DNA from: Candidatus Moranbacteria bacterium RIFOXYB1_FULL_43_19
GTDB lineage: Bacteria; Patescibacteriota; Minisyncoccia; Moranbacterales; UBA11712
Assembly (NCBI GenBank): GCA_001784875.1
Contig: MFSH01000015.1
Location: forward strand, 47,933 to 111,932
Reading direction: 5' to 3'
DNA: 64,000 nucleotides
The notes below the pieces were generated by a model that was not told where the DNA came from, searched no databases, and saw only the letters and a list, made by a program, of their open reading frames with translations. Of the stretch, positions 1 to 9,072 are shown in pieces. Position 1 is the stretch's first letter. Each line of letters opens with the position of its first letter. A program made the translations under genes and the position numbers.

Positions 1-87
1 CTGGGAATAAAGGATGGCAATAGGTGCAGTAGCCAAAAAAAGAAGCACCAAGAGCCAAAAAAGAATCCTGCGAAGATGTTTTCTCAT
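1..87 (-). CDS. Partial CDS, N-terminus only; the gene continues past the window start. Hydrophobic N-terminus MRKHLRRILFWLLVLLFLATAPIAILYSQ suggests a membrane protein.
   Basis: Reverse complement of 1-87 reads ATG at 85-87 and stays open to position 1; TM-like segment. Confidence 0.3.
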   Translation of the reverse strand, partial: MRKHLRRILFWLLVLLFLATAPIAILYSQ

Positions 88-388
88 AGATGAATCTTAT
101 CGCGGAAATTGTATTTTGTCGAACCCCGCACCAATTCTGATCATCGACCATTGATTAGACAAAACCAAAAAGGCGAAGCCGCTTCGCTCACGCCCGCAGA
201 TATTTCCAAAAGAGTGCCTGGAATTGGTGCGGGGTAAAGCCAACCAAAAAACCGGGCATTGCCGGTCTTTTGGATATAAACCCCGCACATTGCTACGCGG
301 TTGTATTTCGTTGCTCGCAGCTCTTGGTTTGAGTTATGGTGCGGGGTGAAAATGTACAATTTTTATTTGGGTTATGCTAGAAAGTTTT

Positions 389-1042
389 TTACTTTAGTTC
401 AGGCACTCTTTGCGAGTATTTCTCCAAATTCTTCAGCTGTCCTTCGGTCAGAGTTTTTGACTTTTCAATCGCTTGGGCGATACTGTTTTTGCTGAATTCC
501 CTGGATTCGCCAACTTTCAGCCTCCCGTCTTTGACTTGCCGCCGAAGATAATCTTCAATATAGATCTTGTGTTCGGCAGTGAGGCTCATGTCGGGAGTTT
601 TTTCCAGGTAGTTAGCCAGAGCTCTTCGGGCCAACTTGGTTGTGCTGTCTCCTCTCTGGGCAGTTTCCACAAACGAACTGCCGGTTTCCTTGCTGGCTTC
701 AGCTGGGACTGCTGTTGGCACTTCCTCAGCTGGCTGTGGCGCTTGAACAGCGGCTTCTTCACTATCAGTTGTGGTTTCTCCGGCCACTTGTTCTTCTTTG
801 ACCGTATCGCCTCCGATGACGCTAATTTTGCCCTCAGCGTCTTCAGTTGTTTCCATGGTTTCTTTTTGCGCTACTTGCGGCTGGGTTCTTTTTGAATAGG
901 CATAAATGCCTCCAGCGATTGCAACAACAATGACAATACTTACCAGCATTCTCATGTTTTCTTGCAGCCAGGTCTTCATGCTTTCCCCTCCTTCTTCCAA
1001 AGATTCATCTATTTCTTTGGAATTTTTGGGATTCTTTTCCAC
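389..1042 (-). CDS. Hypothetical single-pass membrane protein with a low-complexity E/T/A-rich linker and a conserved-looking C-terminal domain
   Basis: 217 aa ORF; one predicted TM helix (LVSIVIVVAIAGGIYAY); no recognisable catalytic motif. Confidence 0.45.
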   Translation of the reverse strand: MEKNPKNSKEIDESLEEGGESMKTWLQENMRMLVSIVIVVAIAGGIYAYSKRTQPQVAQKETMETTEDAEGKISVIGGDTVKEEQVAGETTTDSEEAAVQAPQPAEEVPTAVPAEASKETGSSFVETAQRGDSTTKLARRALANYLEKTPDMSLTAEHKIYIEDYLRRQVKDGRLKVGESREFSKNSIAQAIEKSKTLTEGQLKNLEKYSQRVPELK

Positions 1043-1107
1043 TTGTTACACCTTCCTTTCTAGACTAGGATAAATTATTAATGTTCATTGTATAAAAAAT
1101 ATAGCAG

Positions 1108-2001
1108 TTATAAGCATTTTTTGTCAACAAACGCAGAAATTTCAGCTATCCGCCATTTTCTCGACAAATCTTTGAAAAACTTTATTTGAGCCGAAGGCAG
1201 TTCTTTTTTTACAATTATTGTTAGCTCGGTTTTTTGTTCTGGACTTATTTCTACGTAACACGTAACACGTAACACGCAACATATCGTGCATAATTGCTGT
1301 ATTTGCCGAAAAAACTTGACATAATAGCCTAAACCATTTTTTTTGCTTATTAATGCGTTTTTTGGTTCATACTTGAGGTTATTTTTATTTTTTTTGTATA
1401 GGCTAGGGGAAACGTAGGGAAGATTAGCAGTGATTAAAATATTTCCTGCCAGATTCTTTGGGGCAAATTTCAGAAGATCAGATTGGATAAACTTTATATA
1501 TTTGGCAACTTTATGCTTTCTGGCATTTTTTTTTGCTGCCAACAAAGCTTTTTTGGATATGTCAATAGCGTAATAATTTATCCTGCTTTTGGTTTTAGTA
1601 GGGATATTTTTGACAATAGAAACAATAATATTCCCGCTTCCGGCGCCAACGTCGATTATAGTATCTGGCATCTGGGATTTTGTATCTAGTAATTGATCCA
1701 GCGCTCTTTCAACTAGTAATTCCGTTTCGGGACGGGGGATGAGGACGTTTTTGTTTACTTCAAATTCCAAGCCATAGAACTCTTTTTTTCCGGTTATATA
1801 GGCGATTGGCTCACCCCGCAGCCGTTTCGAAACGTATAGTTTGTAGCTCACATTTTGTGATCTGATAAGTCTGTGTTCAGGATGGGTGAAAAGGTATTCA
1901 CGGGGCACATTTACGGCCAAAGACAAAAGAATCTCCGCGTCGAGGGGAGATAGGCGAGTATTTCGAAGTATTTCTTTGATATTCATCAAATTATTTGCCA
2001 A
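1108..2001 (-). CDS. prmC: Release factor glutamine N5-methyltransferase PrmC/HemK
   Basis: SAM-binding [11 protein letters not shown], substrate motif region ANLPYV (NPPY variant), C-terminal HemK-like tail; overlaps prfA by 11 nt (operon). Confidence 0.8.
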   Translation of the reverse strand: MANNLMNIKEILRNTRLSPLDAEILLSLAVNVPREYLFTHPEHRLIRSQNVSYKLYVSKRLRGEPIAYITGKKEFYGLEFEVNKNVLIPRPETELLVERALDQLLDTKSQMPDTIIDVGAGSGNIIVSIVKNIPTKTKSRINYYAIDISKKALLAAKKNARKHKVAKYIKFIQSDLLKFAPKNLAGNILITANLPYVSPSLYKKNKNNLKYEPKNALISKKNGLGYYVKFFRQIQQLCTICCVLRVTCYVEISPEQKTELTIIVKKELPSAQIKFFKDLSRKWRIAEISAFVDKKCL

Positions 2002-3052
2002 TTTTTCTCTTCAAATCCTCTTTTTCCAGCTTTTCTACAATCTTGCCCAAATTCCCGTCCAGGATATCTCCAATGTTGCTCCAGTTTTCCTTGATCCGGT
2101 GGTCAGTGATCCGGTCTTGGGGAAAATTGTAGGTTCTGATCTTTTCACTCCGGTCCCCGGTGCCGATCTGGCTGCGGCGGGCGTCTCCAAGTTCTTTGGC
2201 TTTCTTTTCCTCTTCGGCGGCCAGAATCCGGGAACGCAGCACTTTCATGGCTTTTTCCTTGTTTTTTTGCTGGGATTTTTCATCCTGGCAGGTGACAACG
2301 GTCCCAGTCGGGATATGGGTGATGCGGACCGCGCTATAGGTCGTGTTGACGCTTTGTCCTCCGGGGCCGGACGAGCAAAAAGTGTCTATGCGCAGATCAG
2401 CCGGACTTATCTCAATATCAACCTCTTTGGCCTCCGGAAGTACGGCCACGGTTGCCGTTGAAGTATGGACACGGCCGTTTTTTTCAGTTTCCGGGACTCT
2501 TTGAACCCGGTGGACTCCGGATTCATATTTCATTTTTCCGAAAGCTCCACTCCCTTCAATGCTGAAAATAATTTCCTTGAAACCGCCGATAGGGGTGCGA
2601 TTTGAATTGAGCAGCGACAATTTCCAGCCGTTCTTCTCGGCATAGCGCGAATACATCCGGAGAAGCTCGGCGGCAAAGAGGGCGGATTCATCTCCGCCGG
2701 CGCCGGCTCGGATTTCAACGATGACGTTTTTCAAGTCGTTTGGGTTTTTCGGAATAAGCAGGGCCTGCAACTCTTTTTCCGTTTCTGCTTTCTTCTTCGC
2801 AAGATTCACATTTTCTTCCATAGCCATGTTCTTGAGCTCCGTGTCATGTTCTGCGTTCACAATCTGGGCGTTTTCGCGCATGTTTTTTTCAATGTTCTCA
2901 AGCTCTTTTATTTTTTTTATGATTTCCTCAAGCTCGGTCATTCTTTTGCCAATTTCTTTCATTTTCTGGCCATTGGAAACGATCTCGGGCTTTTCAAGCT
3001 CGGTTTTCAGTTTCTGGTATTCCTTTTTAACTGCGTCAATTTGGCTTTTCAC
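1991..3052 (-). CDS. prfA: Peptide chain release factor 1
   Basis: GGQ motif ([12 protein letters not shown]), RVPETE..GRVHTS region, 353 aa. Confidence 0.9.
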   Translation of the reverse strand: MKSQIDAVKKEYQKLKTELEKPEIVSNGQKMKEIGKRMTELEEIIKKIKELENIEKNMRENAQIVNAEHDTELKNMAMEENVNLAKKKAETEKELQALLIPKNPNDLKNVIVEIRAGAGGDESALFAAELLRMYSRYAEKNGWKLSLLNSNRTPIGGFKEIIFSIEGSGAFGKMKYESGVHRVQRVPETEKNGRVHTSTATVAVLPEAKEVDIEISPADLRIDTFCSSGPGGQSVNTTYSAVRITHIPTGTVVTCQDEKSQQKNKEKAMKVLRSRILAAEEEKKAKELGDARRSQIGTGDRSEKIRTYNFPQDRITDHRIKENWSNIGDILDGNLGKIVEKLEKEDLKRKIGK

Positions 3053-3138
3053 TGCAATTATGTTAATATCAAACTATCCAATTTCTGATTAAAATTAGCA
3101 TAAATTTGAATATTTCACAACATTAGGGAAAACAAAAA

Positions 3139-3393
3139 ATGGACGCAATCCAACTCACGGGTTACTTAGCAGGGTTTGTTATCGCGATGTCGCTCACACC
3201 GCAAGTATGGAAAGCCTGGAGAACAAAATCAACTCGAGATATATCACTTCTTTGGAATGCAATTTATATTTCAGGACTGCTGCTTTTTCTTGCTTATGGA
3301 ATAGGAATAAGGGAAATGCCAATCATTGTGATGGATATAATCGAGATATCGCTGGCGGTATCGTTGATGATTGCCAAGCTAATTTACAAATAA
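3139..3393 (+). CDS. SemiSWEET sugar transporter (PQ-loop / MtN3 family, 3-TM)
   Basis: 84 aa, 3 TM helices, LTPQVWKAWRTKSTRDIS matches the SemiSWEET PQ-loop signature. Confidence 0.75.
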   Translation: MDAIQLTGYLAGFVIAMSLTPQVWKAWRTKSTRDISLLWNAIYISGLLLFLAYGIGIREMPIIVMDIIEISLAVSLMIAKLIYK

Positions 3394-3416
3394 AACCCGC
3401 TCGAAGCGGGTTTTCG
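3393..3416. terminator. Bidirectional rho-independent terminator between the SemiSWEET gene (+) and rpmE (-)
   Basis: aaacccgct-cga-agcgggttt hairpin flanked by T/A runs on both strands. Confidence 0.6.
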
Positions 3417-3433
3417 GGATATATTGCAAAAAC

Positions 3434-3775
3434 CTATTTCTTTTTGATTACTTTCTTTGCGGCGGTTTTTTTCGCAATTTTTTTCTTGGAAATCTTTTTC
3501 TCGATAACTAGCTTGGCTTTCTTCTTTTTCCCTTTCACAGCCTGTTTTTTGGCCAGTCCAGCCTTCATTTCTGCCGTCTTTTCAAAGCGCTTCTTGAAGC
3601 GGTCGAGACGGCCGGCTGAGTCAACCAAGCGTTTTTTTCCAGTATAAAAAGGATGGCACGCGCTGCATACCTCAACTTTCATTTCGGGTCTTGTTGAGCC
3701 AGTGGTGATGATATTCCCGCAAGCGCAAATTATCTTGGCTTCGGGATAATACTTCGGATGGATGTCTTTTTTCAT
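3434..3775 (-). CDS. rpmE: 50S ribosomal protein L31 with a lysine-rich C-terminal extension
   Basis: [10 protein letters not shown]...[11 protein letters not shown] core; start placed at the internal Met because the upstream part of the six-frame ORF has no L31 counterpart; K-rich tail of about 45 aa. Confidence 0.8.
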   Translation of the reverse strand: MKKDIHPKYYPEAKIICACGNIITTGSTRPEMKVEVCSACHPFYTGKKRLVDSAGRLDRFKKRFEKTAEMKAGLAKKQAVKGKKKKAKLVIEKKISKKKIAKKTAAKKVIKKK

Positions 3776-3900
3776 GGAATATAGGTGAATGATGCTAATA
3801 AATGCCAATCCGCAAATTGCGAATATAGGCATGAAAGTATCAGCAAGTTCGCAATTCGTTGATTGGCATAACATTTGCAGATTAGCATAGCATAGAGAAA

Positions 3901-3929
3901 TTGACAAGTGCCGATGTTCTTGCTAACAT
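3901..3929 (+). promoter_or_regulatory. Putative sigma70-type promoter for rpsB-tsf
   Basis: TTGACA-17 nt-TAACAT about 105 nt upstream of the rpsB start. Confidence 0.4.
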
Positions 3930-4033
3930 CATTAATGTCATTATTCATATCTCCTACGGGAAAATCCTTGCCCCCCTCCTTCAAGAAGGAAGGGGTAAAT
4001 CGGGAGATAGGTGTTTATAATTAAAGGAAAAAC

Positions 4034-4858
4034 ATGGAAAATAGTAAACAGGCTCAAGCCGAGCCCAAAAAAGAGATAACCTCTCAAAACAGCCAAATTC
4101 TGCCGGCTGGTTTTAAGTATGAGGAGCTGGGACTCTCGATCGAGCAAATGCTGAAATTCGGCGTCCATTTCGGACACAAAAAATCCCGCTGGAATCCGAA
4201 AATGAAACCTTATATTTTTTCTGAAAAAGGCAATGTCTATATCATTGATCTTGAAAAGACCATGGCTTTGCTTGAAAAATCCCTTGAATTTGCGCGCCGT
4301 GTCGCAGCCAACGGAGGAAAGATTATTTTTGTCGGAACAAAGCCGCAGGCCAAGCAGGTTGTTGAGGAATGTGCCCGGATGGCTGGAATGCCCTTTGTGA
4401 ACAACAGGTGGTTGGGTGGGACATTGACGAATTTCCGGGAAGTGAAAAAAAGGATAAAATACTTGAATGACCAGGAGGAGAAAATGGCCAAAGGCGAACT
4501 TCAAAAGTATACAAAATACGAAAGGCTTCGCTTCAAGAAAGAAATAGAGCGGATGAACGAAAAGATGGGCGGAATCAAAAAGATGGATTCTCTTCCGCAA
4601 GCTATTTTTGTTGCTGATGCCAAAGAGAATGATTTGGCGGTCAAAGAAGCCAAGAAAATGAAAATTCCGGTGATTGGGATAGTGGATACAAATACTGATC
4701 CGGATCCCATAGACTACCCGATTCCGGCCAACGACGATGCTCTTTCCTCACTTCGATATGTTGTTGGCCTGGTTGCTAAAACCATAAAAGAAACGAAAAA
4801 AGAACCTAAGCCAGCTCCAGTTCAAGAAAAAAATAATTCAAAAAATAAGACGAGTTAA
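4034..4858 (+). CDS. rpsB: 30S ribosomal protein S2
   Basis: GVHFGHKKSRWNPKM signature, 274 aa. Confidence 0.95.
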   Translation: MENSKQAQAEPKKEITSQNSQILPAGFKYEELGLSIEQMLKFGVHFGHKKSRWNPKMKPYIFSEKGNVYIIDLEKTMALLEKSLEFARRVAANGGKIIFVGTKPQAKQVVEECARMAGMPFVNNRWLGGTLTNFREVKKRIKYLNDQEEKMAKGELQKYTKYERLRFKKEIERMNEKMGGIKKMDSLPQAIFVADAKENDLAVKEAKKMKIPVIGIVDTNTDPDPIDYPIPANDDALSSLRYVVGLVAKTIKETKKEPKPAPVQEKNNSKNKTS

Positions 4859-4937
4859 AAATATTCACCCCGCTAGAAATCCAACAAAAAAGAAAGAAAG
4901 CGGGGAAATTAAATGAAATTGATAAAAAGCTAATAGT

Positions 4938-5552
4938 ATGAAAAAGATAATTTCAAACAGGGTAAAAAAGATATCAGCCGATCAAGTCAAAAAACTGAGG
5001 GAAGAAACCGGCGCGAGTGTCATGGAATGCCGGGAGGCCCTTGTGAATTCGGAGGGGGACGCAGAAAAAGCCCGGGAGTATCTCAGAAAAAAAGGCAAGG
5101 AGAAAGCTCAGAAAAAGTCAGGACGGGAGACAAGAGAGGGTGTTGTATCCGCCTATATTCATAGCAACAAAAAAATAGGCGCGCTGGTTGAAATTCGCTG
5201 CGAAACTGATTTTGTTGCTAAAAATGCAGAATTTCAAGAACTTTCTCACGATCTTGCCATGCATGTTGCGGCAATGGATCCGAAATTCATCTTGTTTGAT
5301 GAGGTTTCTGAAAAAGAAAGAAAAGAATATGAAGATTTGGCAAGAGAAGAGATTACCAAAGAAAAAAAGCCCAAAGAGATCGTTGAAAAGATCGTCTCCG
5401 GGAAGACGGAAAAGCATTTTTCCGAACAGTGCCTGATGCGTCAGAAGTTTATAAAAAATCCTGATATCACAGTGGAAGACCTAGTAAAGGAAAAAATTTC
5501 AAAGATAGGGGAAAATATCAAAATTGAAAGGATTGTTCGCTTTGAAATCTGA
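4938..5552 (+). CDS. tsf: Elongation factor Ts
   Basis: N-terminal UBA-like ADQVKKLREETGASVMECREAL; short (204 aa) form. Confidence 0.9.
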   Translation: MKKIISNRVKKISADQVKKLREETGASVMECREALVNSEGDAEKAREYLRKKGKEKAQKKSGRETREGVVSAYIHSNKKIGALVEIRCETDFVAKNAEFQELSHDLAMHVAAMDPKFILFDEVSEKERKEYEDLAREEITKEKKPKEIVEKIVSGKTEKHFSEQCLMRQKFIKNPDITVEDLVKEKISKIGENIKIERIVRFEI

Positions 5553-5565
5553 CTGAATTTGATTG

Positions 5566-6360
5566 ATGAAAAATTTTTATGCAAAAACCAGCCGCTGGGA
5601 AAGTCCGTTTTTGATCCAAGCGCCGCAAGCTCTGGAAAGCGGAGATGTTGTGATAGCCGAAACGGAAAGCGGCATGACTTCGGCTATTATTGAAAAAGAA
5701 GCGCCGTCCCGGAGAAAAGAAGACACGGGGCAAAATCTGGCGACAGCCAAGTACATAAGAAAAGCGAATCTTGTTGATCTGAAAAATATCCGCGGACACC
5801 AAAAAAAAGAACAGGAAGCGCTCAGGCTTTGCCAGAGCGAGGTGAAAAGGTCTGGCCTTCCGATGAAAATTGTCGGCGCCAAGTACTCTTTCGAGGGGGG
5901 CGGAATCACTTTTGCTTTCACTTCTGACGGGCGCGTCGACTTTCGTGATCTTGTCAAAAATTTGTCGAAAAAACTGCAAAGATCGATCAGGCTGCACCAA
6001 ATTGGAGCTCGGGATGAGAGCCGTCAAAGCGGGGGATTTGGGATTTGCGGCCGGGAGCTGTGCTGTGTTAGATTTAGAAGCAATCTTCCGAGCATAACTT
6101 CGGAAATGGCGAAAGTACAGCAAATCGCCCACCGCGGATCGGAAAGAATTTCAGGCATATGCGGCCGACTGATGTGCTGTTTGGCTTTTGAGGAAGAGCA
6201 ATATAGGAAGCTAGCCGAGCAGTTCCCCAAACACGGAGAAAAAGTGACATACAAAAGCAGGCCCGCCACAGTCAAAGAGGTAAACTTAATGACCGGAAAA
6301 GTGGGGATTGAGCTCGAGGATAAGACTTTTGCATTTGTGGATAAAAATGAACTTGAATAA
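5566..6360 (+). CDS. ricT: PSP1 C-terminal domain protein, YaaT/RicT homolog
   Basis: Aligns along its length with B. subtilis YaaT (sequence recalled from memory, not searched): FTSDGRVDFRDLVK, GICGRELCC and GICGRLMCC cysteine motifs. Confidence 0.8.
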   Translation: MKNFYAKTSRWESPFLIQAPQALESGDVVIAETESGMTSAIIEKEAPSRRKEDTGQNLATAKYIRKANLVDLKNIRGHQKKEQEALRLCQSEVKRSGLPMKIVGAKYSFEGGGITFAFTSDGRVDFRDLVKNLSKKLQRSIRLHQIGARDESRQSGGFGICGRELCCVRFRSNLPSITSEMAKVQQIAHRGSERISGICGRLMCCLAFEEEQYRKLAEQFPKHGEKVTYKSRPATVKEVNLMTGKVGIELEDKTFAFVDKNELE

Positions 6361-7072
6361 TATGTTTTGGATTTATGTGCCACCGATAATTTTTGTCACC
6401 GCGCTGATTTTTTTGGTTGTTATGTTCGGGAAAAAAACGGCTCTTTTGAAAAAAAAGGGAGAAATCTCACGTCCCCGCGCAGAGACTTTTTCTATGGGAA
6501 AAAACAGAAGCGAAAAATGGAAAAGCATATGGGCTCTTGTTTTGAGATTTTTGGAAGGAACGATGAACTTAGTCAAAATTGGCATAAGAAAAACAGAGGC
6601 AGCCTTGTCAAAAACTCTTCACAGAATGAAGGAAAGAAGGCTGGGAAGAAAAATTCACGAGCCGCTTGCTGAAAAAAGAGACGAGAGCCTTTATTTCGAA
6701 AGCGAGGAGGCGGCACAGAATCTTGACCTCGTGAAAAGTGAAAAAAGCGAAGAGCGCAGCCGCAATATCCCTAAAAAAGATTTTTTCAGCGAAGGAGTGG
6801 TTGTAAAAAAGAAAGAAGAACCTGCGCCGCAAAGGATCGTCCCGGAACTAGCGGCGGAAGACAGGGCAAAGGAGGAAGCGCTAATCCATCGGATCGCGGA
6901 AAATCCCAAAGACAATGAAGCCTATCGCGAATTGGGTGATTATTATATGTCCATTGGCAATATAAAAGACGCGAAAGATTCTTTCAAAATGGTCTTGAAA
7001 CTTCGCCCGAGAGACCTCAAAGCCAAAAGCAGCCTCAGGGAGATTGAGATGAGAATGAGGCTGGGTTCGTGA
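6347..7072 (+). CDS. Membrane-anchored TPR-repeat protein
   Basis: N-terminal TM helix, charged linker, C-terminal TPR-like AYRELGDYYMSIGNIKDAKDSFKMVLKLRP. Confidence 0.45.
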   Translation: MNLNNMFWIYVPPIIFVTALIFLVVMFGKKTALLKKKGEISRPRAETFSMGKNRSEKWKSIWALVLRFLEGTMNLVKIGIRKTEAALSKTLHRMKERRLGRKIHEPLAEKRDESLYFESEEAAQNLDLVKSEKSEERSRNIPKKDFFSEGVVVKKKEEPAPQRIVPELAAEDRAKEEALIHRIAENPKDNEAYRELGDYYMSIGNIKDAKDSFKMVLKLRPRDLKAKSSLREIEMRMRLGS

Positions 7073-7145
7073 AATTAAAAACTAAAAAATAAAAGCGAAA
7101 AATTGTTGTGTCGCTCCGCGACGATTCTTTACTGATTATTTCATT

Positions 7146-7217
7146 GCCGCCCTAGCTCAATGGCAGAGCAACTGTTTTGTAAACAGTAGGTTGTGGGTTC
7201 GAATCCGACGGGCGGCT
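7146..7217 (+). tRNA. tRNA-Thr (anticodon UGU)
   Basis: Cloverleaf folded by hand: acceptor GCCGCCC/GGGCGGC, anticodon stem ACTGT/ACAGT, loop TTTGTAA, T-loop TTCGAAT; one G-G mismatch in the T-stem. Confidence 0.75.
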
Positions 7218-7290
7218 CATATTTGTTGTCAAGAGCGATAGTATCTAGATATCATTGCTTTTTGTGTAGTGTTCCTTTATAATCTGATTA

Positions 7291-7899
7291 ATGGCGGCAA
7301 TAAGCGAAAAAAATTTGGATAAAGTTAAAGAGCTGTATTATAAAGAGCAGCTTAGCGTTCAGGATGTCGCAAATAGGCTCAACGTTTCAATTGATGCGGT
7401 TTTTTACTGCATGAGAAAAAATAGTTTAGCAAGAAGAAAGACAAATGAGAGCAATTCCTTGAGATTCGAAAGATGCGCGCCCTCATTTAAATTAAAAAAT
7501 ACTAACAGCGAAAAATTACGGACATTGAAAATAATCGGCATAATGTTGTATTGGGCAGAAGGCTCCACAGCAGGTGACATGACAGTGGACTTTGCGAACA
7601 GCGACAAAGACATGATAGCGCTCTTTCTGAAATTTCTGCGAAAAGTTTGCGGCATAGATGAAGACAGGCTTCGGGTTTATTCCTATTTCTATGCTAATCA
7701 GAACATCAGCAAAAATATAAATTTCTGGAGTAAGGTTACGAAAATAGACAAAAAACAATTCACAAAGCCTTATATTCGGGAAGATTATGATAAAAACAAA
7801 ACACAAAAAATGCCATATGGCCTGATTCATATCAGATATTCAGATAAAAAATTGCTCAATTTGATAAAAAATTGGATAAATGGATATAGGAATTTTTGA
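7291..7899 (+). CDS. HTH-containing protein with a single LAGLIDADG-like motif (putative free-standing homing endonuclease)
   Basis: N-terminal HTH (LSVQDVANRLNVS), LYWAEGS motif resembling LAGLIDADG/LIWGDGS, downstream helix ALFLKFLRKVCGID; sits between two tRNA genes. Confidence 0.4.
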   Translation: MAAISEKNLDKVKELYYKEQLSVQDVANRLNVSIDAVFYCMRKNSLARRKTNESNSLRFERCAPSFKLKNTNSEKLRTLKIIGIMLYWAEGSTAGDMTVDFANSDKDMIALFLKFLRKVCGIDEDRLRVYSYFYANQNISKNINFWSKVTKIDKKQFTKPYIREDYDKNKTQKMPYGLIHIRYSDKKLLNLIKNWINGYRNF

Positions 7900-7904
7900 A
7901 TTAG

Positions 7905-7987
7905 GGGTCGGTACCCAAGTGGTTAAAGGGGACGGTCTGTAAAACCGTTGGCTTCGGTCTACGCAGGTTCGAATCCTGCCCGGCCCA
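7905..7987 (+). tRNA. tRNA-Tyr (anticodon GUA), long variable arm
   Basis: Acceptor GGGTCGG/CCGGCCC (one G-U), anticodon loop CTGTAAA, 14-nt variable arm, T-arm GCAGG-TTCGAAT-CCTGC. Confidence 0.8.
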
Positions 7988-8067
7988 AAAATGATTCCAG
8001 TCGAGGACTGTTCTCGACTACCTGCCATATTTCGACAAGTATCTTTGAATTTCGATAGAAAATATCA

Positions 8068-9057
8068 ATGCTTGATAAACCGGAACAAAACTCTCCTTAT
8101 CAGGAAAAAGGAAAAGAGATATCCGTTGCATCTGATATTGAAACATTTGGCCGCAGGCCGCGGAAAATTATAATCAAACTGGACTCAGATGGTTTTCCCA
8201 AAGCTGTGGCTTTTTTTGATATAGACAAAACTCTAGCGGAGTGTGGTTTTATTCATGGCGAAGCGTTTAAAAAATTATTTGCGGAGATATATCCCGACCA
8301 AGATCCAGACAAATTGACAGAACTATATCTAAAAGGTCTTCATCTTGGCACAACGTTTCGTGTTTTTCATCGTATGATCGGTATTGCGAGGGATGGAAGA
8401 AAAGAATGGGAGGATCCTGAAAAATATTTAGAGTGGCTCCCGGGCCATGAAAAAGAAGTTGATAAAAAAGGGGATGATCATAACTTGGCAGCCGAGCTTT
8501 CGATCAGGCACAGCCAGATGAGCGCAAAAATGGCCGAAGATATGTTCAACCGAGACCCGCAAATATTTGAACAAACAAAGATAAAACCGGTTTTTCACCT
8601 TGCAAAAATTTACCAGCGCATGGGAATTCCCATGTGTGTAATGACAGCTAATGACGAACCTTTTGCCAAAGCTGTTTGCAAATCACTAGGCCTTGCAGAC
8701 TCATTTATTGCTTTAGCGTGTCAGAAAGATTTTGTGGGACAGGGGAAAGAAGGCGCCATAGAATATTTAATCCAGAGACTAGAGGGAAAAGGAGTCCCTA
8801 TTCCGAGAAAATTTATTGTAGTAGGAGATTCGTTGAATGGAGATATTGGCAGTGGAGCAAAGTTTATGGCGGAGCACGGAGGTTATTCTGTGCGGGGCGT
8901 TTTGATAAGCGAAGGCGATATTGCGGACATGAGAGAGAAAGTCGAAAAGGATCCTAATCTGAAAGACATGCAGGTCGAAGTGTTAAAGCCTAGCGCGATA
9001 GGCGATGGAAGTCTGGCCAGTTACAGACGAAATAAAAAGACGAAGCCAAGAGTATAA
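8068..9057 (+). CDS. HAD-superfamily hydrolase
   Basis: Motif I FFDIDKTL, motif IV VVGDSLNGD. Confidence 0.65.
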   Translation: MLDKPEQNSPYQEKGKEISVASDIETFGRRPRKIIIKLDSDGFPKAVAFFDIDKTLAECGFIHGEAFKKLFAEIYPDQDPDKLTELYLKGLHLGTTFRVFHRMIGIARDGRKEWEDPEKYLEWLPGHEKEVDKKGDDHNLAAELSIRHSQMSAKMAEDMFNRDPQIFEQTKIKPVFHLAKIYQRMGIPMCVMTANDEPFAKAVCKSLGLADSFIALACQKDFVGQGKEGAIEYLIQRLEGKGVPIPRKFIVVGDSLNGDIGSGAKFMAEHGGYSVRGVLISEGDIADMREKVEKDPNLKDMQVEVLKPSAIGDGSLASYRRNKKTKPRV

Positions 9058-9072
9058 TATCATTCCAATAAT

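Noticed and set aside
97-359. Two overlapping minus-strand ORFs (63 and 72 aa) in the six-frame track
   Set aside because: They lie inside the GC-rich palindromic spacer, have no RBS and no plausible protein features, and are better explained by the structured intergenic element.
473-895. Plus-strand 140-aa ORF antisense to the 389-1042 gene
   Set aside because: Composition-driven antisense ORF fully contained in a better-supported gene.
1255-1292. Tandem heptamer CGTAACA x3 (acgtaacacgtaacacgtaacacgcaac) near the 3' end of prmC
   Set aside because: It lies in-frame within prmC, encoding LRVTCYV; the C-terminal tail still aligns with the canonical HemK end, so it is a simple coding microsatellite rather than a separate feature.
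5118-6132. Several minus-strand ORFs (99-204 aa) antisense to tsf and ricT
   Set aside because: Contained in well-supported plus-strand genes; no motifs.
7146-7217. G-G mismatch at T-stem positions 51-63 of tRNA-Thr, suggesting a possible pseudogene
   Set aside because: All other cloverleaf elements are perfect and a single mismatch is tolerated; it may also be my transcription error. Kept as a functional tRNA.
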